NCBI RefSeq assembly: GCF_006345805.1
Contig: NC_043011.1
Span: 1,736,001-1,800,000, forward strand
Length of the DNA: 64,000 bases
From: Octopus sinensis
Taxonomy: Eukaryota
Reading direction: 5' to 3'
Shown here: positions 11,189 through 24,122 of the stretch, piece by piece
Layout of the letters: each line of letters opens with the position of its first letter
How positions within the stretch are numbered: the stretch's first letter is position 1
The notes under the pieces: model-generated
What the model saw: only the letters and a program-made list of their open reading frames with translations
What the model was told of the DNA's origin: nothing
Databases searched by the model: none
Program-made: the position numbers and the translations under genes

Positions 11189-11420
11189 TTTCTTTACTAC
11201 CCACAAGGGGCTAAACATAGAGGGGACAAACAAGGACAGACAAAGGGATTAAGTCGATTACATCGACCCCAGAACGTAACTGGTACTTATTTTATCGACC
11301 CCGAAAGGATGAAAGGCAAAGTCAACCTCAACGGAATTTGAACCCAGAACACGTAACGGCAGACGAAATACGGCTACGCATTTCACCCGGCGTGCTAACG
11401 ATTCTGCCAGTTCGCTGCCT
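11189..11420 (-). mobile_element. tRNA-derived SINE family C, full length, 18-bp TSD
   Basis: TATTAGTTGTAATTTATA at 11169-11186 and 11421-11438; A-box TGGCAGAATCG, B-box-like GGGTTCAAATTCC; core GCCTTTCATCCTTTCGGGGTCGATAAAATAAGTACCAG. Confidence 0.9.
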
Positions 11421-11617
11421 TATTAGTTGTAATTTATAACTTGTGACCGTTCATTGGTCTTGATTAGCAATCACTTAAATAATCGAAACTGATATACCTT
11501 GCTTCCTTTTATTCTCTCACTGCTGTTTGCTTAGGACTATTGCACTAGATGTGTTCTACACCTACCAACACCTGTAACTTTTGTTGATTAACAATAATAA
11601 AAAAATATATAAAGAAA

Positions 11618-11804
11618 GGTGCAGGCATGGCTTTGTGATGAGAGGCTTGATTTCCAACCACATGGTTCTGAGTTCAGTCCCACTGCATGGCATTTTAGGC
11701 AAGTGTCTTCTACTATAGCCTTGAGATGACTATAGACTTGTGAGTGGACTTGGTAGATAGAAGCTGAAAGAAACCCATTGTATACATATATAAATATATG
11801 TGTA

Positions 11805-11835
<31 letters not shown>

Positions 11836-12042
11836 TTCTTTGTGCCTGTGTTTGTCCTCCACCACCACTTAACCACTGGTGTTGGTGTGTTTATGGCCCC
11901 ATAACTTAGTAGTTTAGCAAAAGAAACTGATAGAATGAGTGCCAGACTTTAAAAAATAAGCACTGGGGTTAATTCAGTTGACTAAAACTTCTTCAAGGCA
12001 GTGCTCCAGCATGGCCACAGTCTAATAGCAGAAAAGTAAAAA
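11618..12042 (+). mobile_element. tRNA-derived SINE family A, old full-length copy
   Basis: tRNA-like head (GGTTCTGAGTTCAGTCCC), core, internal (TG)n and CR1-like tail. Confidence 0.8.
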
Positions 12043-12142
12043 ATATATATACTCATGATCTGAGTTCTATATTTCTGTTCACATCACCAAACCTATATAT
12101 AATATACATACATATATATATTATATTTTATGACGGACCTCA

Positions 12143-12207
12143 CTGATGAACTGCAGATTAATTGTGTAAGTAAAATTGCATAATCTATTAACAGTGAAAC
12201 AATTGTA
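12143..12207 (+). ncRNA. Degenerate hammerhead-like motif, stem I not intact
   Basis: CTGATGA ACTG-C-AGATTA...TAATCT-ATTAA-CAGT GAAA CAATTG TA. Stem II and palindromic stem III (ACAATTGT) are present; the flanks CCTCA and TTTTG do not pair. Confidence 0.45.
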
Positions 12208-12352
12208 TTTTGTTAATCTATATTTTTGTTATTTTTCATTTGTCCTGCTCGCTTACGTTCATAGTGTGCTATATCCTTCTTGAGAACAATTCTTAGTGGT
12301 TGAGACTCATGCGTAAGGGCGCCCACATAGCGGATTCTCTCTCATATTTATG

Positions 12353-12420
<68 letters not shown>

Positions 12421-12877
12421 ATATATGAACATGCTTGGCTATGTGATCACAAACTTTTCCTCCTATTCAGGTTCCCTATCACAATATGGCACATGGAACA
12501 AAACCTTTCTAATAAAACCAATAGCAGACTATAGCTTCGTAGATGAAAACTGAAAGATGCCTATCTATATATATATATACAATATATTAATAAAGAGATT
12601 CAGTTGACAATTATTGTTTGTAATTTGCATTATACCCATACTTATGTGGTATTCAACTGACGTACCAGTGAATTGGATGTTTTACACACCCCTTTGAAGG
12701 AATTCCTAAACTTAGTTTATTACTTTATATATATAATTATTTTATTTGCTAAAAAAAAGTCTGAAACCAGGAGTTAGATGGTAAATGTTTTTATTTTTCA
12801 TTCCCTTCGAAATTTTATCCCTAAATGTGGTTTGGAATTTAACTGTCCTCTCTAGCGTCCAAGCAGTCCTATGATAG

Positions 12878-12920
<43 letters not shown>

Positions 12921-12923
<3 letters not shown>

Positions 12924-13312
12924 TTCTTTTATTTGTTTCTGTCATTTGACTGTGGCCATGCTGGAGCACTGCCTTAAAGGGTTTTGAGTCAAAGAAATCA
13001 ACCTCAGGACTTCTTTGTAAGCCTAATACTTATTCTATCAGTTTGTTTTTTTTGCTGAACCACTAAGTTAAACACACAAGCATCAGTTGCTGAGCAATTG
13101 TGGGAGGACAACACAAATACAGAGACACGCACACATAAATACACACACATATTCAATGGGCTTCTCTCAGTTTCTGTCTACCAAATTCACTCACAAGGCT
13201 TTGGTCAGCCCGAGGCTATAGTAAAAGACACTTGCCCAAGATGTTATGCAGTGGGACTGAACTTGGAACCATGTGGTTGGGAAGCAAGCTTATTGTACAG
13301 CCATTCCTGCAC
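12921..13312 (-). mobile_element. SINE family A, full length
   Basis: Tail abuts (AT)n at 12880-12920; head ends near 13312. Confidence 0.85.
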
Positions 13313-13882
13313 CCCACACATAATAATCAAGGAGATTGCAGTCTGGAGAATTAGGTAGTCAGATATTGGGTGTGATGTGGTCACAGAAATTGTGTAACAG
13401 CCATAACTGGGCTCTCCTGCTTGTGTGGAATGGTGCAGAGTCCTGTGGCCAGATGCAGGGTCTTTCAGCAGCCATCCTTTTGACCTGTAGCAGCACTGCC
13501 TCTTACAGGCCCTTGATGTTGACCTTTGTGTTGTGTTTGAGGCCATGTGGGAAGATGAGCATAATGTCACCATCACTAATGATCACTCCAAACACCATGA
13601 TGTTGACTGGATGTTTGATTTTTATCACACTTGGTACATGTCCTCAGATTGCACTGTCTTCAGATTGACACCCAAACACTCTGAAACTTTCGTATTGGAG
13701 CTTCCTTTGCAAATGCCAAACACTACATGTCATTTCCAAATTTCTTGCCGAATGAATTGTGTCATGGCGCTGCTTTTCTCATAGACAATGCCCAACTGAC
13801 CTACTATACTGTGTAGTCAGCAAAATCAAAAACAAACTATGTGCATGCACAAAATAAAAAATATAAATGGTGACAATTTACC
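13313..13882 (-). mobile_element. Tc1/mariner (DD37D/maT-like) transposon relic, internally deleted
   Basis: Minus frames give IWPQDSAPFHTSRRAQLWL...FCDHITPNI*LPNSPDCNLLDY; collinear with 13930-15113 but lacking about 400 bp. Confidence 0.8.
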
Positions 13883-13929
13883 CATATTAGTAGTATATTC
13901 ATATACTGACAACTCATTTTAACAGATAT

Positions 13930-15113
13930 ATTTACCAAAATTACATAAAAACATCTTATTCAATAAAATTGCCATTGGCTACAACCATAGCTTCCAGACG
14001 ACTTTGGAATCTTCTGCAATTCTTCTGGTTGGTTTCCATGTTTAAGTTGGTGAATGCTGTCATAATCCTTGCCTTCAGTTCATCTTTGGTGTTACAAGGA
14101 ATTTTGTTGGTCTCTCACTCAATTGTACCCACACATAATAAAGAGGTTGTAGTCTGGGGGGTTAGATGGCCAGATGTTAGGAGCGATGCGGTTACAGAAA
14201 TTGTCTGAGAGCCATGACTGGGTTCTCCTGCTCGTGTAGCATGGTGCAGAGTCCTGTTGCCAGACATAGGGTCTTCCAGCAGCCACCCTCTTGACCCAGG
14301 GCAGGACTACTTCCTCCAGGTACTTGATGTTGGCCTTTGTCTTGTGTCTGAGGCCATATAGGAAGCTGAATTTAGGCATAATGTCACCATCACTAGTGGT
14401 CACTCCAAACACCATGATGTTGACTGGATGTTTAATTTTTATCACTCTTGGTACATATTTTGGGAACACAGCAAGCCAACAGTTTTTCTGTGTGTTCACC
14501 ATCTGATCCTAGCAGAATTTTTTCTTGTCTGAGAAAAACCAAAGAGGGGACGCTTGAGTTTTTCAAAAACATAGTTGTGTGGTCTTTCCTCTTGACCTTG
14601 ATGGCTTGGGATAAAAATTATCCCATTCTCATCTTGTATGAGGAATACTAAATGTCTTCATGCACAGCCTGATGAGAAACTCAGACACTCCCATGTCTCC
14701 GGTGATGGATCTGATTGACTTGGAGGGATTGTTGTCAATCATGGCCTGGATCTCACCAAGAAATTCAGGAGTTCTTTTCTTATCAAAACGATCAGAGTGA
14801 GTTTTCAAAGCTGCTGTACCACTGTAATCCCCATTAGACTCATCTAACTCTTTTTGAATCATCTGCACTCTCCTCAGATTGACACTCAAACACTCTTAAA
14901 TATTCGTATTGGGGCTTCTGGTGTGAATGCCAAGCAGTACAGCATGTCACTTCCAAATTTCTGGCAGATTGAATTGCATAATGGTGCTGTTTTTCTCACA
15001 GACGGTGCCCAACGGACCCTACCATACTGTGTAGTCAACAAAATCAAAAACACACAGTGTGCATGTGTAAAATTAAAAATATAAAATGGCAACAATTTAC
15101 CCATCACACCCTG
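13930..15113 (-). mobile_element. Tc1/mariner (DD37D/maT-like) transposon relic with one terminal inverted repeat
   Basis: ORF 14119-14502 MVFGVTTSDGD...YVWQQDSAPCYTSRRTQSWL...WPSNPPDYN; C-terminus RRLEAMVVANGNFIE*; 5' end TA|CAGGGTGTGATGGGTAAATTG at 15113. Confidence 0.85.
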
Positions 15114-15198
15114 TATATATATGCCTAAACATATATATGTATATATATATGCTTAAACACACACACACAGATATATATATATATATATAATATATATA

Positions 15199-15261
<63 letters not shown>

Positions 15262-15636
15262 TATATATATATGTATACATATTAAAGTTAACAGTAGGGA
15301 GAAGCTCGATAATCATCATGTAGAAAGAGATTTTTTTTCTTTTGCTGACCAATTTTAAATCTACAAATATACTTAGAAGTGAGCAAAGGGTTGTTATACT
15401 GTCCTTATGCAATATTTTCTTTTTTAAATACACACAAATATTTTAAATATTTCCTACTGAGCTGGTTCAGGAAAAGTGTCTAAGGTCAGCAAGCAGTGGT
15501 GTTGTAATGCTTAAATACCAAGCCCATTCTCTATTGAATATCTAAGTGAGACCATTTCAGTTGTCCTTGACTGTTATTTATTTATGTTAATGAATATTCA
15601 ATGACATTATCCTGAGTAATATCTTCTAACATCTCT

Positions 15637-16045
15637 CTCTTTTACTCTTTTACTTGTTTCAGTCATTTGACTGCGGCCATGCTGGAGCACCGCCTTTAGT
15701 CGAGCAAATCAACCCCAGGACTTATTCATTGTAAGCCTAGTATTTATTCTATCGGGCTCCTTTTACCGAACCGCTAAGTTATGGGGACGTAAACACATCC
15801 GCATCGGTTGTCAAGCTATGTTGGGGGTACAAACACGGACACGCAAACATATACACACACATACATATATATACATATATACGACGGGCTTCTTTCAGTT
15901 TCTGTCTACCAAATCCACTCACAAGGCTTTGGTTGGCCCGAGGCTATAGTAGAAGTCACTTGCCCAAAGTGCCACGCAGTGGGACTGAATCCAGAACCAT
16001 GTGGCTCATAAGCAAGCAACTTACCACACAGCCACTTCTATGCCT
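15637..16045 (-). mobile_element. SINE family A, full length
   Basis: Complete head, core and (TAAAAGAG)n tail on the minus strand. Confidence 0.9.
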
Positions 16046-19000
16046 ATCAACACAAAATTCAAAGGAAAGGCTTAAAAAACACCAGAGTTTATGTTTGTTG
16101 TATTATAATTGTTTCAGAACAAAGGCATTCAATCATGTGAACAATGACAATTGAAATTATTTAATTAAAAAGCTTTCACCTTTTACATGTAGATTCCAAA
16201 GGTCTATCAACCACTGTATCGGTATGACAATGAAGTTTATACTTGCTATTAGGAAATAAATAGTGGTCAATCATTTTTATCTTTTTGTAAAAGATTATTA
16301 ACATTTATTCTGTAATAGATTTAAATAATTCATCTTCCAACCTTAATTTATATTACATTAATCTTACAGTGTGGATAAAACTCATATATAATGAAGTTGT
16401 TACTTCATAAAATCTTAACCATTAATCATATTAATTACTTTTAAGTTGTTATCTCACTGAACATGTGATATAGAAAAAAAAAAGGCTCTTCATGGCAATT
16501 TCGATAATAGTTTACTGAGTTGCTATCACTTTGTCAAACTGATGCTGGCATCACTTTGGCAGCTGCAGAAGAATTTTTCCTTTTTCATTTTGTACTGTCA
16601 CCAGCTTGGTTGTCATTGGAAGCTGTTCTTTTTGTGTTGTTGCTTGAGATGGCAACAACAACAACAGGAACAACGGATATTCCAAACAATTTAATTCAAT
16701 TACACCCAACAGATTTAAATAATAACAACACAAAAATAATTAATTGAACAACAACAAAGAACACCTCAAAAATAACAATAACTCATTAACACTTCAAAAA
16801 TGAACAACACAAAAGAATGTTATTAATTGTACCAAAAAAAAATATTCCAAATGACAGCAAAAATTGATTGCAGCAGTCTTTTAAAAAATGTTCGTCCACA
16901 ATTAGCAAACAAAATAATACCAGCTACAGTTTGATAATGCAAAACTGGCTTGTTGTTATCAAAGATTGTCATCAATATTACTAAATCTTGATCAAGAATA
17001 AAGGAACTCACTTTCGAAATTGATTTTAGCTCCCCACTCAGTACCTATAAAATAATATTTACTACTCTTCTTAGTGTTCACCAAGGTGATGCTACAGCCT
17101 GGGTTGAGGAATACTGCTCTTCACTCACAAATTTACATTTTAGTACATTTAATAATTCAATTGCTGACACTTTAGTATGATAGTGAAATAGCAACACCTG
17201 CAGAAAAACTGGAACTAAAGCCAAATATGTCAGGAGTTGGTTTTTGTATTTGCCAGGAGAAAAAAACTAATAGTAGTAATTATCGATTAATAATAGTTTT
17301 CTGTTACCACATAAATGAATATAATTTGACTGTTTAATTTGCTAATCATTAAATATTCTTTCACCTACTGAACTGTCTAATTATTATATGGATAGTGTCT
17401 CAGGAGAAATCCTTTACCGTTAGATTAGATCTGTGAATCTGATTACACAGTAATGCATTACTATGTAAGCTCCTGTTTATATAATAATGTCTTGAAATAG
17501 AATTCTTTATTCTGAGATAAGAATCCTGAATTACAACTGTATGTGCATGCATGTGTGTGTGTGTGTGTGTGTACACATGCACGTGCGAATAATAATGTCT
17601 TGAATTTGAACTGTAAGTTTGTGTCTGTTTAGATGGTAGTATACTAATTCTGAAACAAAGAAATTCAATGTTTTTACATTTTGTGTGCTTTTGACATAAA
17701 TTCTTTAACCTAGTCAGTTTCTTGACCTCCTTTGCTTCATGATATATACAGATCAAAGATCACTAATAATATTTAATGAGTAACACACACAATACACACA
17801 CTCATAGACACACTTACACACACACAACACACACACAAGCACACATGCATCTCATATACAAGTATATAGAATACATACAAGTATGTAAGTGTGACTAACG
17901 GGTTGTCAACATTTGACATTTTGTTAGACAGACACTTGGAGCCAAGTTTGCAGGAATAACCCTGTAAAATTTAGACTTGTTTATGTGCAATACTGGAGAA
18001 CATTTAGAAAATGTCTGGCAATAAGAATTCTTCTTGTGTAATTTCGAATTTGATCCAATATTTTTAGGAGGCAAGAATTCAATTAATGGATTGATGGTTG
18101 TATTTCATATCTTCTAAAAGCATGATTCCTAAATGACTTTCCAAATTTACCACCTTGCTGAAATGAACCAAGAAATTTATGGTTCTTGGCAATATCTTTG
18201 ACTCATAAGAAAAGCAGCAAATGGCATTTTGTGCCCATACTGAGGAATATCAGCATCATTTATAATATTCTTAACTTTGGCATTATGTGTTTCTTTGACG
18301 TCATTTGGAAGGAGTGAAGTAGCAAATAGCAATTTTCTTCATTATGGCTTTTTTAATGATTGCGACTGATATTAAGTAATTACTGACTTGCAAAACCCAT
18401 GGCAATTCCACTGGTATCACTTGTGAACACTGAGAAATTTAGCTGTCTGCAGTTGTGATGGTGGAGACAACAGTAAATAGCAAGCAATATAGACAGAGAG
18501 AGAGAGTAAGTGAAAGAGAGGGGGGAGGGATGGAGAGGTGGATAAAGTTGCAAGATGTGTTAGGTACCAGTGAAAGATAGAAGAAAAAATATAGAAAAGA
18601 GAAATCTTAATTAAATGATACACATGCACTATTTGCTCCCCACCATCACCACCACACATATGTATACAAGCTCAAACACTGAGAACTGTAATAGTTTGTA
18701 GTGGTGATGATGCTGGTATGGTGTTCATCTCCATCTGATGAATTTTATACATTGCTTTCTTAAGAAAACAATTTTGTTATCATTTAGAAGTTATTCTTCC
18801 TCACCTGTTTTAGCTGTTTTTATGTTGAGATTTTTTGTGATTATTTCCTCATTTTTGCTTGCATATTTTCATTTGTAATTATTTCTTTGTCATCACCTGA
18901 TGAAGTTGTTGTACTGTTAATTATACGATCATTTATTTGTGCTACTGGGATTAACAGAGTTTTCACTCATGGTGTTCTGAAAACCAGGGTTTGTTTTTCT

Positions 19001-19570
19001 TTTCATAGTTGCAGTTGATTTTCATTATTTTCTGTTTTTACTTAATCTCCTCAGTTCATTTAAACTTTCAGCTTTGAGGTGAATTTTACTCCAACAGATT
19101 TAACAACTAGGCTTTCTACTATACATCATCATTTTTATCCCTTGACTCAATGCCTACTACTAGACATAGTTCCATCATAGCTGTGGTCTTTGATAGTCAG
19201 TTGAACTTGCAAGTCCAATTTGACATTCCCGACCAAACGTATTGGGGGAATTTACTTCATTTCTGTATTCTTGTACCCAGGAGATATAGAATTTTTTCTT
19301 GTCACCCTTTTATGGATTATTTCCTGCAGCAAAGAAATGCTGTTAGGTTTTACAAGATTTCCCAGCTTCATACTTTCTTGCAAATGTGATAGATCTAAAA
19401 GTTTTATTTGATTGGTTTGTATTTGAGAAATAACTTAATGAACCAGTAACTTGCATGTTTTATTTCCTTTAATTATCTTATTTTAATTATTATGTCTTAT
19501 TTTACTTTTTTATGCAAATATGGGTGTGTGTATGCAAATTTATGTGTATTTGTATGGGTGTCTATATATA

Positions 19571-19812
19571 CATCATCATCGTTTAACGTCCGCTTTCCAT
19601 GCTAGCATGGGTTGGACGATTTTGACAGAGGGCTGGTGAACCAGATGGTTGCACCAGTCTCCAATCTTGATTTGGCAGAGTTTCTACAGCTGGATGCCCT
19701 TCCTAATGCCAACCACTCCGAGAGTGTAGTGGGTGCTTTTTACGTGCCACCGGCACGGGGGCCAGTCAAGCGGTACTGGCAATGACTTTGCTCGAATCCT
19801 TTTACACATGCC
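19571..19812 (-). mobile_element. SINE-like family B
   Basis: CATCATCATCGTTTAACGTCCGCTTTCCATGCTAGC...GGATGCCCTTCCTAATGCCAACCACTCCGAGAGTGTAGTGGG. Confidence 0.85.
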
Positions 19813-19921
19813 TCCACATATATAGATATTAGCATCTATGTTGACTTTCCTTGTTGTTGACGTCTTCCCCGTATAGACACAAATGTAATTATTTACCAAA
19901 TAAATTACACTTCATATTCGA

Positions 19922-20002
19922 AGCTCTGATGAAGCTATAACATGTTATTTAGGCTCTCAACTATGAGCCCATTGCATCTCATAGCAGAAACAGCTGTAAC
20001 CT
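19922..20002 (+). ncRNA. Type I hammerhead ribozyme motif with branched stem II
   Basis: AGCT CTGATGA(19926-19932) AGCTAT...ATAGCA GAAA(19987-19990) CAGCTG TA ACCT. Palindromic stem III ACAGCTGT, GUA site, stem I 3 of 4 pairs; internal hairpins ATAAC/GTTAT and GGCTC/GAGCC. Confidence 0.65.
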
Positions 20003-20063
20003 AATGCAGGTCATAAAGTAATCATTTATTCTTTTGTCATATTTCTTTCTTATATAGAAGCCC

Positions 20064-20266
20064 CTTACCTACTTGACAGTTGCATTTCTAGCTCTGCCTT
20101 GAAGGAAGCTTTACTTCTTGGACTCATGTTTTTATGTGTAACGATGTTGTTAAACCTCCATTAACAGCACCATATGCAAGTCCTTTCCATTTCCTTTTAT
20201 GCACGGATAAATTTTTCCCTATAGACCTTAATGGTCATAAAGACGATCTATCACTGGATAGACTAA
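20064..20266 (+). mobile_element. Gypsy-type integrase C-terminal (GPY/F) fragment, copy 1
   Basis: Near-identical to 22070-22270, which encodes VVKPPLTAPYAGPF...DKFFTIDLNG..DTISLDR. Confidence 0.65.
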
Positions 20267-20469
20267 ATGTATGTATGTCTGTGTACTTTTAAAATCTTAA
20301 ATAGTCTTTCCATTGATGGTATGACATCTTTCATTTCTTTCTTTCATATTTGTAAATGTGTCTTTCACACACCATGTTTTCTCTTTCCATTTATAACCTC
20401 TATGAAAGTTTGATATTTTTTTGTATTTCATCAAGTCCTTGTGTATTATTATGCTACTGTATGATAATT

Positions 20470-21520
20470 TAGCAGGTACTTTATCTTGATGTTTGGTAAC
20501 AACAAGTCCCCTCAAATCTCAAGAATTCTTCTTAGAATTCTCGCAGAATATAGGATCTTATTTCTTTATTGCCCACAAGGAGCTAAACATAGAGGGGACA
20601 AACAAGGACAGGCAAAGGGATTAAGTCGATTATATCGACCCCAGTGCGTAACTGGTACTTAATTTGTCGACCCCGAAAGGATGAAAGGCAAAGTCGACCT
20701 TGGCAGAATTTGAACGCAGAACGTAACGGCAGACAAAATACCGCTAAGCATTTCACCCAGCGTGCTAACGATTCTGCCAGCTCGCTGCCTATATTGCAGA
20801 ATATAGGATGGTACTTTCCTGCAGGTTGACAATGCTCCAATTTCTTTCAGCCTTTTAAGTAGCATTTTGGATGTTGTGCCAAGTGTACCAATTCCTACAA
20901 GAATAATTGTTGTCATGGTATTCCACAGTCTCCTCGGCTCTCTGGTTTGATCCTGATATTTCTTAATTTTAATTTTTATTGCTTTGATATCAACTCTGCT
21001 ACCACAAGGAATTGCAAAATCTATGACCTTACACTGTTTGTTTTGTCCTCTATTATCATGGGTTTTTTTTTGCTTCAATAGTATGGTCAGTCTTTATGGT
21101 GAAGTTCCACTGTAAGATCTTGTAATTTCTATCAGAGCCTCTTGTTTGTGTTCATACCACTTTTCTATTTGTTGATGCTACACACTCATCTAACAGCCCA
21201 ATGCACCCTCTTGCCTACACAGTCATGTATGTGCTTATACTCTTTTTGTGCTAGTATACTGCACTCAAAAGGTGATTGATACTTTTGTCTCCTTTCCTGC
21301 AGACTTTAAATTTGCTGCCTGACCAAGTTTTGTTGGACTTTACCATTATCACATTTGTTTTAAGGATTTGTTGTTGAGCAGCTATAATTAGCATTTCTGT
21401 CTTTCTTTTCAAGTTTGTTAACCAAAGCCAGCAATCTTTACTTCCAGCATTCTCAGCTTTATGCATGAATTGGTCTTGTAATTCTTTTTCTTTCCATTTG
21501 TTTGTCCTATTATTCTTCCT
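20470..21520 (-). mobile_element. R4/Dong-type (RLE endonuclease) non-LTR retrotransposon 3' relic, interrupted by SINE C
   Basis: LKRKTEMLIIAAQQQILKTN, zinc-knuckle relic VCRKGDKSINHLLS, and CKVIDFAIPCGSRV...KKYQDQTREPRRLW...IGTLGT (RLE PD..D region). Confidence 0.75.
20561..20790 (-). mobile_element. SINE family C, full length
   Basis: Flanked by GCAGAATATAGGAT at 20543-20556 and 20796-20809 (probable TSD). Confidence 0.9.
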
Positions 21521-21537
21521 TTTCTCTTTGAATTCCT

Positions 21538-21730
21538 ATTATTACTTCTGCCTCAGCGAAAGCAGAGGTATTATTTTCAGTCAGATTTGTTTATTCATGG
21601 ACAAAATAGCTCAAGAACTGCTGGATGGATTCAGATGAAACTTTCAGAGATATTTGGCCTCATGACTGGCACAAACAGATTAGATTTTGGGATTGATCCG
21701 ATACCAGACAAGGATTCTGGATTATTTATT
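21538..21730 (+). mobile_element. Helentron-associated (DINE-1/HINE-like) element, 5' part
   Basis: TATTATTACTTCTGCCTCAGCGAAAGCAGAGGTATTATTTTCAG...CAAAATAGCTCAAGAACTGCTGGATGGATTCAGATGAAACTTTCAG is a typical HINE start, recognised from memory. Confidence 0.55.
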
Positions 21731-22069
21731 ATATTTACTCTACTTTACATGAAGTATTATGATCTTACGTTGACTTTCAAATCTTTCTCTGATTATTTCC
21801 CTTGGAAGCACACTCACAGCTTCCATAAAAGTTATAGTGGCATTGCTGTTTCCAAAGTTATATTTTCATTTTTCTATTATTAATTTTACTTACATCTCTA
21901 TCTTAGCAGAAACTGATGGATAAAGAAATCAAACTACATAAACAAATGGCAGCAAAACCGTTCAGAAATTAAGTAACATTAACATGTTCAGTAACAATAA
22001 TAAATTTAATTTATCCTCAACAATTTTTAGTTTTATCAATTTTGAATATATCGCCCCTGTTTAAAACCT

Positions 22070-22375
22070 CTTACCTACTTGACAGTTACATTTCTAGTTC
22101 TGCCTTGAAGGAAGCTTTACTTCTTGGACTAATGTTTTTGTGTGCAACAACGTTGTCAAACCTCCATTAACAGCACCATATGCAGGTCCTTTCCATTTCC
22201 TTTTATACACGGATAAATTTTTCACTATAGACCTTAATGGTTGTAAAGACACTATATCTCTGGATAGATTTAAAAAGGCCTTCATAGAGAAAACTGTTCC
22301 TGTTCCTACTACAGACGACACACACACAGCATTACAAACACAGCCCACACACTCACCTTCTCATTCCATGACTAC
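22070..22375 (+). mobile_element. Gypsy-type integrase C-terminal (GPY/F) fragment, copy 2
   Basis: ORF 22140-22445 NNVVKPPLTAPYAGPFHFLLYTDKFFTIDLNGCKDTISLDRFKKAFIE. Confidence 0.7.
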
Positions 22376-22578
22376 CATTGGGATCGATCAGGTACTGGAC
22401 AAGAATTCTGGATTATTTTTCCGGTTTCTTTTACTTAATTTCTGAGAGCACTTGGATTCATTTTTAGTATTCTTGTTTGTGAGAGCAGTAGAGTTTATTT
22501 CAGATTTTAAAAATCATCTCCAGCTAATTGTTGAGAGGACATTGGTGTTGCCTTCGTAGAGGTTTGCACTCTCTGAGT
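22376..22578 (+). mobile_element. HINE-like element, 3' part
   Basis: Repeats the TTGGGAT.GATC...GGATTCTGGATTATTT segment of 21688-21727 and ends GTAGAGGTTTGCACTCTCTGAGTGCTCTTATT. Confidence 0.55.
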
Positions 22579-24122
22579 GCTCTTATTATTATTATTCGAA
22601 TTGCCCAGTGATATTTTTTCCTGACTTGTTACATTGAGTTCAAATTCCACCAAGGTCAATTTTGCCTCTCATTCTTTCATGAACAATGAAAAAAGTGCCA
22701 GTTAAGTACTGCAGCTGATGTAATCAACTTACCTTTCCCTTCAAAATTGCTGGCCTTGCACTAAAATTAGAAAGAAATATGGTTATTAGTAATTGTATCA
22801 AATTTTGGCTCTAGACCAACAATTTTAGTGGGTGGAGTTAGTTTAATTTATCAACCACAATACTTGCTTGGTACTTTGTGTTACTGACCTCAAAAAGGAC
22901 AAAAGACAAAGTTGACCATCACAGGATTTGAATATAATTAGTCAGAACAAACATTGCAAAGCATTTGTTCAGACCCTTCAAATGAGGTTCTGCTGGACCA
23001 ATACACACAATATGAAGTGTGTGATACAAAAGGGACTAAAACACATTGAGTTGTACAGATATTTGTAACAAACTGAAATATAGCAAAACTACAATATCTT
23101 TTATTAGTTTAAAGCTAGTACACAAAAATAGATTCGAGCAACTTAACTACAAAGCAGTGAGTTGCCATCACTTGTGGAGGATTAATACACTCATGAATCT
23201 GAACACTTTCAGATTTTCTAACACACATCTTTGATTTTATCCAAATCATGAAATCTCCAAGATCTCTTGTGTAGTTCTTTAACTGGCAACATATTGATGG
23301 TGTTGTTTCTAACAACTGCCAGGCCTCAACAGTCTTTTGGTCTCTTTCCCTGTTTTTTCTTCGACCAGGATAGGGTTCTTTCTCTTCATCCCTTGTCGCT
23401 TTACTGAAAAAAAACACTGCTAAGCATCATCTCCAGTTAAATCATCATAACCACTGAAATGCTCTACACTCTTTCCTTTATCTTTTAGTTATTTCAGTCA
23501 TCTGACTGTAGCCATGCTGGGACTCCACCTTGAAGGGTTTCAGTAAAACATATTGACTCCAGTATTTACTTTTTAAAGCCTAGTACTTATTCCATAAGTC
23601 TCTTTTTCTGAACTGTTAAGTTACAAGGTCATAAAGACACCCACATGGACATGTATATATATATATAAGAGTTACAGAATGGAGTAGATAAGTTGTGCTC
23701 CATTCCATAACTCTTGTATTATTCTTTGCACAGCCAGCAACCCTGGTCACCTACTGTGAAATATCAAAAGAAACTTTTTCGTTTTATCATACTTTGATAT
23801 AAAAAAATTCCACAACCTTCCATCTCAATAAACCAATATTGTCCCTGAAAATTGTTTTTTTATATTTACTATGGATTGCTTGAAGCTAACTTTCTTCTAA
23901 CACCTCAATCCCTAAATCTTACATTTATATATATATATATATATTTGTTATATATATATGTATATATATATTGGTTGATAGGGATATAAACTCCCAGTGT
24001 GCACTGGCTTGCAGCAGAAACATGTGTAGGTACTGACTTGTAAAGACGTGACTAACTGTATGATAAAATCTGAGTATTTAAATCTGTTCTGCTAATTTTT
24101 ATTAATTCATAAATAGCGAGAC

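Noticed and set aside
16500-17040. (CAA)-rich segment with short ORFs on both strands that could be an exon or UTR
   Set aside because: Stops in all frames, no recognisable domain, no convincing splice pair.
17940-18420. Coding-like composition on the minus strand, possibly a transposase relic
   Set aside because: Frames are broken and no diagnostic motif could be identified.
18731-19000. CTGATGA at about 18737 and 18897 with downstream GAAA
   Set aside because: Stem I and/or stem II do not pair adjacent to the core; consistent with chance in AT-rich DNA.
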